Positions 36,226-45,637 of a stretch of 64,000 nt of DNA are shown here, piece by piece (position 1 is the first letter of the stretch; the number at the start of each line of letters is the position of its first letter). The stretch comes from Candidatus Latescibacterota bacterium (GTDB lineage Bacteria > Latescibacterota > UBA2968), in contig OZ240241.1 in the NCBI GenBank assembly GCA_965198115.1, positions 7,680,001-7,744,000 of the forward strand, written 5' to 3'. Position numbers and translations under genes: made by a program. The notes beneath the pieces are model-generated. The model worked only from the letters and a program-made list of their open reading frames with translations. It did no database searches and had not been told where the DNA came from.

Positions 36226-37599
36226 GAGCTATAATCAAAAGGTGTGGAAAAAGAGAAAGGGCGACCCTACCCTTCCCGTGAGATAGTTGATTCACACAAA
36301 ACCGGGTGAGAGGCCCGGTTGGGAAGGAGGATCGCCGTGAAGGAACATACGCATAGAGCCCCATTGAAGTCCATGCCGACGTGGGAGACGGTTGACGATT
36401 GGATCCGTGAAGAGATCCAGGGCCGGTTCCAGTCCATTCTGGAGGAGGAGGCGACCGCGTTCTTGGGCCGGTCGTGGTATGAGCGCCGAGCCGAGGTCGA
36501 TAGCTCCAGGGGCTACAGGAACGGCTACGGCAAGCCCCGGCGTCTCTCGACGAGCTGCGGAACGATCAAGGTCCGGCGTCCCCGGGTTCGTGGTCTGGAA
36601 GAGCGGTTTGAAAGCCGCATCCTCCCCCTGTTCGCCCGGAGAACCAGGGCCATTGGAGATCTGCTTCCCGACCTTTATCTCCACGGTCTCTCCCAGGGCG
36701 ACTTCGAGTTGTCTTTGCGTGCGCTGCTCGGTGATGGCGCGCCGCTTTCGCCGACCTCGATCGCTCGTCTTCGAGGGAAGTGGGAGGTCGACTTCCAGGA
36801 CTGGAAAGAAAGGCGTCTGGATAATCGCGAACTGGTCTACGCCTGGGCTGATGGCATCTACGTCAAAGCCGGGCTCGAGCGCGAGAAGGCGTGTCTGCTG
36901 GTCGTGATCGGCGCGATGAGCGACGGCAGCAAGGAGATCCTGGCGATAGAACCCGGTTATCGAGAGTCTACAGAATCCTGGCTCACGGTGCTCCGGGATC
37001 TCCGGGATCGCGGGCTCGAACATCCTGTCCTGATCGCCGCGGACGGGAATATGGGCATCTGGGCGGCCGTTGATCAGGTCTGGCCAGAGAGCCGGCAACA
37101 ACGGTGCTGGAACCACAAGATCCTCAACGTGCTCGACAAGGTCGCCAAGCGTGCACAGGCTGAAGCCCGCGCACTGCTCGTCCAGATCCCCTATGCCGGC
37201 ACGAAAAAGGAGGCCGAGAAGCTCCGGAAACGCTTTGCCGCACGGTATCGCTCACAGTTCCCTGCCGCCGTGGAGACGCTCGAAAGAGACTGGGATCGGA
37301 TGGTCACGTTCTACGACTTCCCGAAGGAACACTGGAAACACCTGAGAACCACGAACGTCGTCGAGAGCCCCTTTGCTTCCGTTCGGCTTCGCACAAACGC
37401 CGCCAGGCGATTCAAGAAAGTCAGGAACGCCACGACTCTCATCTGGCGTACGCTCAAGGTCGCAGAGAGCCGATTCAGGAAACTCACCGCGCCACACTTG
37501 CTACAACAAGTCTACGATCAGAAACACTCAACCGGACCGCAGGTCGAAGCCGGGAAGATGGCCGCCTGATTTCTTTTACACACCTATTGACCTGAACTC
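36226..37599 (+). mobile_element. IS256 type B, intact copy (CDS 36319..37569)
   Basis: 8-bp TSD GACGCACG; near identical to 16933..18306. Confidence 0.95.
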
Positions 37600-37607
37600 G
37601 ACGCACG

Positions 37608-38112
37608 GAAGGCTTCATCAAGGACCACAAAACATTCCTTCACTCCGATCGAACATCGTGCCACAAGTTTGAAGCCAACCAGTTCCGACTCTTTCTACAC
37701 AGTGCTGCATACGCCTTGCTTCACGCACTCCGATCACAGGGACTCAAGGGCACCGCGTGGACCAAACCTCAGGTCAACACGATACAGAACCGTTTCCTCA
37801 AAATCGGCGCGAGAGTCATTGAAAGCGCACGAAGAATCCGATTCCATTTTCCAACATCGTATCCACTCAAAAACGTCTTGGTGTCAATCATCACCAGGCT
37901 CGAAACGAACACGCAGTAACAACGCCGATCTATACCGGGGACAGCTATGTACACGTCGCAAAACAACACCTGTTCCGGACGAAAATCGTGACTCTTGCGA
38001 CTCGTAGAGACCGCTTACGGGACCTTGGACATCCGAAGAAGCCGAGAACAAATCCTGTGCGTGATCACATCACTCCAAAACAACCTAAACTCAAATTCAT
38101 GCATGATTCAGG
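37608..38112 (+). mobile_element. IS1380-family 3' remnant
   Basis: NTIQNRFLKIGARVIESARRIRFHFPTSYP; end ttcatgcatgattcagg. Confidence 0.75.
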
Positions 38113-38480
38113 CTAACGTTTAAGTCCTATCACTGCACTGGGGGTGTCCCGCAACGGTACGGGCATGACGATCGTTCGCACCCACTAGGTAGATTGCCGA
38201 AGGGGAGTTTGTTGTTAAACCCGGAGGTTATCAGCCTCGGGTGCTTTCTTTTTCCAGCGACTCGTAGAAATCACGAAGCCTTTTAACCGATCAGATGTGT
38301 GCACAGGAAAAGTTTTCCCCTCATTTCACCACCATTCCTGAACGGAAGTGCCAGGTCGTTTGCCTTGCCGAGCGTATGGACCCTGGGTGATCGCCCTCGA
38401 GATCCGCCCTGGTATCGCGCGCGAAGCACGACAAGTAAATATGGGGGAAACCTGAGGCGACCATCCCCTTCCCAGGCCGT

Positions 38481-39722
38481 CTAGGACCCCTGCCGGTTGA
38501 ACTCGTCACGCACAGTTTGCGCCAGTCTAGCGAGCACAGGGGCCGGCATCTGGTGAGAAAACGGCAGAAAGACCACCTCCTCGTGAAGGACTCGCGCGCC
38601 CACCGGCTCCAGTGCGTCCACGCTCTCGTCGTTCTCGACGACCTCGAACGCGCGGCCGCGCGTCGCATTGAATCCGCCCCTCCCGAGGCAGTCTACCAGT
38701 GCGCTCGGATCAGGCACCCGAACCGGGATCAGCCAATACGCGTGCGGGCGCGCGGAGGCCGTGGGCACGGGCACGTCACCCAGGTCGCTGACGAGTTTCG
38801 CCGCCGGACCCACGCGGCTGCGCAACGGCGAATCCCCCTGGCGCAGCCGTCTCTCCAGTAGCCGAAGCAGGGGTCCGGAGGGCCGCCGCCGGATCTGAGC
38901 GATGAGCTCCGGGCCCGAGAAGCCACGCGTCCATCGGTGGAGTAGAGCGTCGTGCCCAGGCCCTACCGCGGCAAGAGTCGCCACTAGGGGTCCAAAAACC
39001 GATGGGATTCCGGCGATGCTCAGCAAGCCATACTTGATGACCCTCCGCAGGTACTCACTCCGGGGTTGGACCGGGTAGCATGCAGCCACCTCTCTCATGC
39101 GCGTAAGGAGGCCGGGATCCCTGACCCGTGCCAGACCGCCACCGAATGCGGTGGCGGTCTTGATCGGACCGAAGGAGAACAACGTTAGATCGGAGGTCGC
39201 GTGTCCCGTCCACCCCGGCCCGGCGTACGCCTCGGCGCAATCTTCCACTAACTGCACGCCACGATCTCTCGCCATCGCCATGGCACCGGACACGTCCACC
39301 CTGGCTCCATACAGGTGGGTGAAAACGAGCACGCGCGTGCGCGGAGTCATGACCGCGGCCAGCGCATCGAGATCGGGTTCGGTGGAAAGCGGGTCGAGAT
39401 CGACCGACGCGACCTCGAGGCCGTGCTCCCGCGCGATGCGCGGCATGTCCGCCACCGTCAAAGCGGTGAACAGGATGCGGTCCCCAGGCGCCCATCGGTT
39501 CACGGTGAGATACAGGTCGAAGAGGCTGCGCACGGACAGACCGACCATGCCCTGGCCCTGTGGCGACCACAGGGCCTCGACTCGTTCCGTCGCCCCTTCC
39601 CCAGTCGGTGAGGCACACGCCCCTATAGCGAACAACCAATCATCGAAGGAGAAGTCGAGACGCTTCGATGCCCACGCCTTCACGGTGCCCTTGTGATTAA
39701 CGCAGTTCATTTTGTCCCGCAA
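38481..39722 (-). CDS. DegT/DnrJ/EryC1/StrS family PLP-dependent aminotransferase
   Basis: THLYG, VEDCAEA, FSFGPIKTATAFGGG. Confidence 0.88.
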   Translation of the reverse strand: MRDKMNCVNHKGTVKAWASKRLDFSFDDWLFAIGACASPTGEGATERVEALWSPQGQGMVGLSVRSLFDLYLTVNRWAPGDRILFTALTVADMPRIAREHGLEVASVDLDPLSTEPDLDALAAVMTPRTRVLVFTHLYGARVDVSGAMAMARDRGVQLVEDCAEAYAGPGWTGHATSDLTLFSFGPIKTATAFGGGLARVRDPGLLTRMREVAACYPVQPRSEYLRRVIKYGLLSIAGIPSVFGPLVATLAAVGPGHDALLHRWTRGFSGPELIAQIRRRPSGPLLRLLERRLRQGDSPLRSRVGPAAKLVSDLGDVPVPTASARPHAYWLIPVRVPDPSALVDCLGRGGFNATRGRAFEVVENDESVDALEPVGARVLHEEVVFLPFSHQMPAPVLARLAQTVRDEFNRQGS

Positions 39723-39741
39723 TCGCGGCCTCGACTATTTG

Positions 39742-41358
39742 TCATCGCTGTTGGCGAGGATCGCCGACTAAGTGTATGTGCAGAGTGTCAACTTGGTTTT
39801 CGGGAGCTATAATCAAAAGGTGTGGAAAAAGAGAAAGGGCGACCCTACCCTTCCCGTGAGATAGTTGATTCACACAAAACCGGGTGAGAGGCCTGGTTGG
39901 GAAGGAGGATCGCCGTGAAGGAACATACGCATAGAGCCCCATTGAAGTCCATGCCGACGTGGGAGACGGTTGACGATTGGATCCGTGAAGAGATCCAGGG
40001 CCGGTTCCAGTCCATTCTGGAGGAGGAGGCGACCGCGTTCTTGGGCCGGTCGTGGTATGAGCGCCGAGCCGAGGTCGATAGCTCCACGGGCTACAGGAAC
40101 GGCTACGGCAAGCCCCGGCGTCTCTCGACGAGCTGCGGAACGATCAAGGTCCGGCGTCCCCGGGTTCGTGGTCTGGAAGAGCGGTTTGAAAGCCGCATCC
40201 TCCCCCTGTTCGCCCGGAGAACCAGGGCCATTGGAGATCTGCTTCCCGACCTTTATCTCCACGGTCTCTCCCAGGGCGACTTCGAGTTGTCTTTGCGTGC
40301 GCTGCTCGGTGATGGCGCGCCGCTTTCGCCGACCTCGATCGCTCGTCTTCGAGGGAAGTGGGAGGTCGACTTCCAGGACTGGAAAGAAAGGCGTCTGGAT
40401 AATCGCGAACTGGTCTACGCCTGGGCTGATGGCATCTACGTCAAAGCCGGGCTCGAGCGCGAGAAGGCGTGTCTGCTGGTCGTGATCGGCGCGATGAGCG
40501 ACGGCAGCAAGGAGATCCTGGCGATAGAACCCGGTTATCGAGAGTCTACAGAATCCTGGCTCACGGTGCTCCGGGATCTCCGGGATCGCGGGCTCGAACA
40601 TCCTGTCCTGATCGCCGCGGACGGGAATATGGGCATCTGGGCGGCCGTTGATCAGGTCTGGCCAGAGAGCCGGCAACAACGGTGCTGGAACCACAAGATC
40701 CTCAACGTGCTCGACAAGGTCGCCAAGCGTGCACAGGCTGAAGCCCGCGCACTGCTCGTCCAGATCCCCTATGCCGGCACGAAAAAGGAGGCCGAGAAGC
40801 TCCGGAAACGCTTTGCCGCACGGTATCGCTCACAGTTCCCTGCCGCCGTGGAGACGCTCGAAAGAGACTGGGATCGGATGGTCACGTTCTACGACTTCCC
40901 GAAGGAACACTGGAAACACCTGAGAACCACGAACGTCGTCGAGAGCCCCTTTGCTTCCGTTCGGCTTCGCACAAACGCCGCCAGGCGATTCAAGAAAGTC
41001 AGGAACGCCACGACTCTCATCTGGCGTACGCTCAAGGTCGCAGAGAGCCGATTCAGGAAACTCACCGCGCCACACTTGCTACAACAAGTCTACGATCAGA
41101 AACACTCAACCGGACCGCAGGTCGAAGCCGGGAAGATGGCCGCCTGATTTCTTTTACACACCTATTGACCTGAACTCGTTTTCGGCCCACAAGATGCAGC
41201 ATCACGCCTGTGTCTCTGAATTGCATCAGTTCGCAGGTTTCGGCTGCCACCTTCAACACGTTCTCGTAGGCTTCAGGATAGGTTTTCTCCAGATCCTGAA
41301 TCGCCGGTTTTAGTCCTGAGGCGAAAATTTGCTGATCCTCTACCCACTCAGATGCCAT
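39742..41358 (-). pseudogene. Small possibly HIT-like gene split by IS256 type B
   Basis: N-part 41178..41358 and C-part ENQVDTLHIHLVG 39742..39803; frames do not join cleanly. Confidence 0.35.
39804..41177 (+). mobile_element. IS256 type B, intact copy (CDS 39897..41147)
   Basis: 8-bp TSD GTTTTCGG. Confidence 0.95.
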
Positions 41359-41943
41359 AGGCCCCTAATTCGGAACGATTTCATCAAATCCGCCCCAGAG
41401 CACCGGCAGAAAAAGATCGTCCAAATTTAATCGAGTTTCTCATCCCCAAGGAAGGGAGAGCTACTCGGAGGGGTCAATCAAGAGGGTTTCAGTGATCAGA
41501 ACATCAAAGCCACCGTCCCCCGCTTCTCGGGCAGCAGCAACAAGGTCGGCGCGTTGAACCGTACCGAACTCCGGGCCGATAAAGATCGCGGCGCGCTTTT
41601 CCATCTCGCTTTCCATGTAGCGGCCTTCGGCGCAAACCAGATCACCGGGCCACGGCTTGAGTGTGGTAAAGGCGATTCGTCCCTCCTTGTGAGATTGTTG
41701 AACGCCGGCGACCTCAAGGTTCTTGAGGATCATCTGTGGGAATGACTGATTGGCTTCGTAGTCTCCGGCACTTTTTTGGAGATCGCCGATCAACCCATCG
41801 TCCTCGTCGACTGCAAGCATGCGGTGAGGGCTCAGGTTTTCCACGGTGAACGGGCCAGCAACGCGAACAATCTTCTCGACATTATATACTTGACGGACCC
41901 ATAGGATTGTAGTACTTTTCCCAGTGAACAAGCCATTACACCC

Positions 41944-42093
41944 TCACTTCTGCTTCTTCTCGCCCTTCTCTGGTGGCTCGTCCTTTCGATGGGCTGGCCC
42001 CGCATCCAGCGCCTTTTTCAGTGCCTCTTTCACCGTCAGCGGGTGTAGGGTGATGGGCTTATCGTAACCGTTCTTTCTATCACGCTTCTCCAT
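41944..42093 (-). CDS. 49-aa peptide MEKRDRKNGYDKPITLHPLTVKEALKKALDAGPAHRKDEPPEKGEKKQK (below ORF-track cutoff)
   Basis: ATG 42093 to TGA 41944; motif shared with 55380..55529. Confidence 0.6.
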   Translation of the reverse strand: MEKRDRKNGYDKPITLHPLTVKEALKKALDAGPAHRKDEPPEKGEKKQK

Positions 42094-42118
42094 AATAACC
42101 ATGCCCGTATGAATATCC

Positions 42119-42147
42119 TTGACACTATGCCCCTAAGCGGCTATTCT
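42119..42147 (+). promoter_or_regulatory. Sigma70 promoter for IS1595 cargo
   Basis: TTGACA (42119-24), 17-bp spacer, TATTCT (42142-47). Confidence 0.75.
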
Positions 42148-42198
42148 CTTAATGATGCGGTAAGACCAATTTTCCCACAAATCGAAGGAGATGGACAC

Positions 42199-42615
42199 GT
42201 GACAAGTAACCTTGAATTGTATATGCAAATCCGTAAAAACCTTCTTTATGAATTGGCTCAGGTTGATCGCAAGATCTCTGAACTTTCGGGCAAGAGTATC
42301 CCGGCACTTACTCGAACACGCCGCGTCAAGAAAAGCAGACGCAAAAACCCCAACTCCGTAAGCGCCCAAGTCAAGAAAGCGCTTTCCGACATAATAGAGC
42401 CCGAGGACGGTAGACATAAACCCCCGAAGGTTATCCAGTCGGAGTTGAAGGAGATTGGAATCATCGTTGACATGAGGTACCTCCGAAGTTTGCTGTCCAT
42501 CGAGAAACGGCATCATGATCGGCTCGCGAATGATCACGAAGGATGGTTCAAGCCAGCTGAAAACGATACGGCCCCGGAGGGCGCGGAAACGCCGACCGAG
42601 GCCGTAAATTCCTGA
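42199..42615 (+). CDS. Passenger protein: coiled coil, basic linker, probable winged helix
   Basis: GTG 42199 with SD GAAGGAG 8 nt upstream; VKKALSDII..PKVIQSELKEIG..YLRSLLS..EGWF. Confidence 0.65.
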   Translation: MTSNLELYMQIRKNLLYELAQVDRKISELSGKSIPALTRTRRVKKSRRKNPNSVSAQVKKALSDIIEPEDGRHKPPKVIQSELKEIGIIVDMRYLRSLLSIEKRHHDRLANDHEGWFKPAENDTAPEGAETPTEAVNS

Positions 42616-42620
42616 TGGCT

Positions 42621-42691
42621 GGGGGTGGCAGGTTGCGGGCGGAAGGCTGTGGACCCGGCGCCCGGGGATTCAAGTTCCTCCACCTCCACCA
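42621..42691 (+). ncRNA. tRNA-like RNA (71 nt) with alanine identity elements and no canonical D-arm
   Basis: Acceptor GGGGGTG/CACCTCC with G3-U70, A73, encoded CCA; T-arm GGGGA-TTCAAGT-TCCTC. Confidence 0.65.
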
Positions 42692-42811
42692 AAATACCCC
42701 CCACATGCGTAGCGTAAGCAAAGGAGGCTAACTAAAAGATACCGACAAAAGTCCCACAAATCCAGTGTTTATCAGCGGTTATGGATAACTACATGAAAAA
42801 TCAATAGTTAC

Positions 42812-42983
42812 AGGGGGTGAGGTCCGCCCGATCCCGCGATTCCACCAACACTTTTCCCGGGCAACTGGCCCAAAGGGGAGGTGAGATAGGCAATGACGAC
42901 TACAACTCGTTGCCGTGGACCACCAGTGATGTAATCGTTTCTTCGGACCCTAATCCGTGCGGGATCGGCGGTGCCTCACCCCT
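42812..42983. ncRNA. Long fold-back structured region abutting transposase stop
   Basis: 42812-42837 complementary to 42959-42983; internal hairpins; SD plus 13-codon ORF 42893..42934 on + strand. Confidence 0.5.
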
Positions 42984-43943
42984 CTACGCCGTAAGTGGCT
43001 TGTACGACAAGCGCTTTCCGCCCGACGCCTTGATCGCGTTCAGGGTTCGTGTAACATCCGTGACCGCACGATTATTCCACCTGAACGTGGCCTCATCACA
43101 ATAACGCTGAAGGTGCTCTTTGCTGACGTGGTGCCACGATCCATAGACCGCACGTTTCAGCAGCGAGAAGAGGCTTTCGGCGGTGTTGATGTGAATGTTG
43201 CCGCGTGCATATTCGCGGGCGCTATGCTTCACAAAACCGTGGCTCTCAAACTCCCGATCCAGCCCACGATAGGACTGTAGCTCGTCCGTCATGATCGACG
43301 CTGACGGATCTACGTGTTCGCGGATGTTCTCTTTCAGGGTCACTGCCGTCACGTCAGGGACCACGCGCATACGGGCGTTACCGTCTCGCTCGACCAGAGC
43401 GGCAACGGGCGTCTTTTTCGTCTTAGGCTGGCGCTGACCCTTCTCACGCAACTCCGCTCTACGTTCGTGTGACACGCGCTCACGCGGCTTACCGCCCACG
43501 TACGCCTCATCCGCCTCGATGATGCCTTGCAGCTTGATGGTTCCATCCTCGGCCATTGCGTGCCTGATACGGTGACACATAAACCACGCGCTCTTGTAGG
43601 TGATCCCCAACTCTCTGTGAATCTGATGACTGGAAATGCCCTTCTTGGACGAGCACATCCGAGCGAAGGCGTATACCCAATCTTTAAGCGCTATGGGGCT
43701 GTTCTCAAAGATGGTGCCGACGCGGATCGTGAACTTCCGACGGCAGTCGCGGCACTTGCAACGCCCCTCAGCGCCGGCCTTGCCACCCATCTTGTAACCC
43801 TTTACAGACCCGCAATGCGGACAGATCGGACCGTCAGGCCAGCGTATGGATTCGATAAGGTGTCTGGCCTCATCTTCTGATAGGCGTGCGAGTTGTGCGG
43901 GATTCTCAATATTCATGGCGTCTCTCCGTTTGTATTGACACAC
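42984..43943 (-). CDS. IS1595 transposase (Zn ribbon, HTH, DDE)
   Basis: RWPDGPICPHCG, CRDCRRKF, YKSAWFM, EADEAYVGG, MTDE, HINTAES, YCDEATFRWN. Confidence 0.95.
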   Translation of the reverse strand: MCQYKRRDAMNIENPAQLARLSEDEARHLIESIRWPDGPICPHCGSVKGYKMGGKAGAEGRCKCRDCRRKFTIRVGTIFENSPIALKDWVYAFARMCSSKKGISSHQIHRELGITYKSAWFMCHRIRHAMAEDGTIKLQGIIEADEAYVGGKPRERVSHERRAELREKGQRQPKTKKTPVAALVERDGNARMRVVPDVTAVTLKENIREHVDPSASIMTDELQSYRGLDREFESHGFVKHSAREYARGNIHINTAESLFSLLKRAVYGSWHHVSKEHLQRYCDEATFRWNNRAVTDVTRTLNAIKASGGKRLSYKPLTA

Positions 43944-44574
43944 CCTGAATATACCACATCAATGTGGGTCCGTCAAGTATATAATGTCGAATCTTCTTAT
44001 GCTCGTAAGGTTTGTCATAGAGGTATTTAAACTCAGCCTTCACGGCGATCGAGGCGTCGATCTCCTTTTGTCGGGCGATCCGGGCCTCCCACCAATCGGC
44101 ATGTAGCTTCTTTGCTCCGTCCGACCAATTGCTGTCGGTATCCCTGGGTATTTCCCACTCCATCTGAAGTTTGGAGCCAATTGAAGTTCGGATCAGGCCC
44201 CGCGCCGCGTAAAAAGCTGGCGAAACTTATGGTGTCCTCGTCTGCGGGAGTACCAGAGGATATAATCGAGCCTTGCTGGGAGCCGATCGGTTGAGCCAAG
44301 CCCAGTCGCACCCTTGGTAAACGCAATCAGTGATACAAAGTTGTCTTCGGCGTCTGAGATCCGTCGACTCTGTCCGAGACCGTTTATAGGACGTGAACAT
44401 TCATCAATTTGTTTTACTCATCGCCATTTTTGAGTGAAGGCAGACGCCTCAGAAAACCCAGTGAGCACGACGCAGCCCTCGATGGTGAGTTCGACCGTCT
44501 TCAGGCTCTCGCTCAGCCTGGACTTCCTTCACGAGGGACGAAATTTTCGGCGAAGGCAACAGCGGCGGAAGGGG

Positions 44575-44731
44575 GAAGGCGGAATTCGAACCTTCCTGAA
44601 AGAATGGCTCACGCAAGAGTGCGTAAGCCATAGAAGGTGGGCGATACCGGCCTTGCCGAAGCTTCAGCGAAGGCGGGGATTCGAACCAAAAGAAATGGCC
44701 TGCGAATGAACGCAAGCCATTGATCATAATA
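44575..44731 (-). repeat. Tandem degenerate tRNA 3'-end plus terminator units
   Basis: Hairpin/U-tract terminators at 44688-44721 and 44598-44631; tRNA-end copy 44636-44687 with 28-nt insert; T-loop remnant near 44583. Confidence 0.6.
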
Positions 44732-44777
44732 TGGTGGACGATACCGGATTCGAACCAGCGACTTCCTGCTTGTAAGG
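44732..44777 (-). tRNA. 3' half of tRNA-Val(TAC), att-site-like fragment (not a full gene)
   Basis: ccttacaagcaggaagtcgctggttcgaatccggtatcgtccacca; 5' half replaced by AT-rich DNA. Confidence 0.8.
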
Positions 44778-44859
44778 TAGGAATTTATAATAGTATTTAC
44801 AATGAGTTATATAAACGTAACGTCGTATGTAACCCCATTCGGAGCCAGATCTAACCGGA

Positions 44860-45633
44860 TCACAGCGCTCCACCACGACTTTGCTGGCTGGTCTCAGCCT
44901 CAGACTGATCTTGGTCTACCCGCCCTCGAGTGTGTAAGATTAACCGTGTAACTGGTGATAGAATCCTATAGTGAAGAAACCCCAACGCGCGCAGGAAAGG
45001 AAGGACGTAATGCGCGACCAACTCGTCCTCCATGGGCCGCTCCCCGAAGGCATCCGTGTCCCAATAGAGTGCCGACAGGTCATGGACCTGAGCGACGAGC
45101 TCCTGTAACTCGGGTGGCGGCGCTTTGAGTGTCGTTTCCTCCACCGGCAAGCTCGGCAAGGCACGCGCTTGCCAATCTGTGGGTGGTGATTGAACAAACC
45201 GATTCGCGTATCCGACGACATCCTCCGACTGAACACGCGAGAGTTGAGGAGGATTGGCGCCGAACACCCGTCCGCCGAAGTCATACGGTTCGGGGAGCGA
45301 GCACCAACGCACGCGCCTGCCGTGCTGTAAGGCCCACCCATTCACGTCGTCGAACTGCGGCAGGTATTGATACTCGGATGCAACCAGGCCGACCGCACGA
45401 ATGGTCCACAGGCCCGTGCGAAGCAGCAGTACGTCACCGACGCGCAGCTCGGCGGCGAACCTCCGAACAAACCCGCCTTCGGATTCCTCGTCGGACCACT
45501 CGGAACACCACGGCCCGGTATCGCCGGGACCGATCAGCGCGACGCCGTGGTTCAAGAACTGATCGGCGTAGGAACGGTCGGACGGGCCCGCAGAAACCTG
45601 CCAGATTGCGTGCTCGTTCCTCTCCATGGTCAT
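44860..45633 (-). CDS. PUA/McrB-N-like domain fused to start of HsdR_N-like nuclease, 3' truncated
   Basis: IWQVSAG..GVALIG..RFAAELRVGDVLLL..AVGLVASEYQY..RRVRW; EDELVAHYVLPFLRALG. Confidence 0.55.
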   Translation of the reverse strand: MTMERNEHAIWQVSAGPSDRSYADQFLNHGVALIGPGDTGPWCSEWSDEESEGGFVRRFAAELRVGDVLLLRTGLWTIRAVGLVASEYQYLPQFDDVNGWALQHGRRVRWCSLPEPYDFGGRVFGANPPQLSRVQSEDVVGYANRFVQSPPTDWQARALPSLPVEETTLKAPPPELQELVAQVHDLSALYWDTDAFGERPMEDELVAHYVLPFLRALGFLHYRILSPVTRLILHTRGRVDQDQSEAETSQQSRGGAL

Positions 45634-45637
45634 GCGG

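Larger units (their letters stand above)
41877..43989 (-). mobile_element. IS1595-family element with passenger cargo (2113 bp)
   Basis: Perfect 25-bp TIR cgacattatatacttgacggaccca; 8-bp TSD AATCTTCT (41869-76, 43990-97). Confidence 0.96.
41490..44170 (-). pseudogene. Type III restriction-modification Mod-like methyltransferase, C-terminal fragment, interrupted by IS1595
   Basis: EWEIPR..RQKEIDASI..YLYDKPYE-KKI|VRVAGPFTVENLSPHR..AAIFIGPEFGTV; joined across TSD. Confidence 0.7.

Noticed and set aside
42621-42691. Canonical tRNA-His(GTG)
   Set aside because: No D-arm, anticodon stem only 2 bp next to the loop, and A73/G3-U70 rather than the His C73/G-1 identity; kept as tRNA-like only
42889-42930. 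GNDDYNSLP frame as a tmRNA proteolysis tag
   Set aside because: Superficially like ANDENY but has no nearby stop or terminal AA motif, and no D-loop or pseudoknots were identifiable
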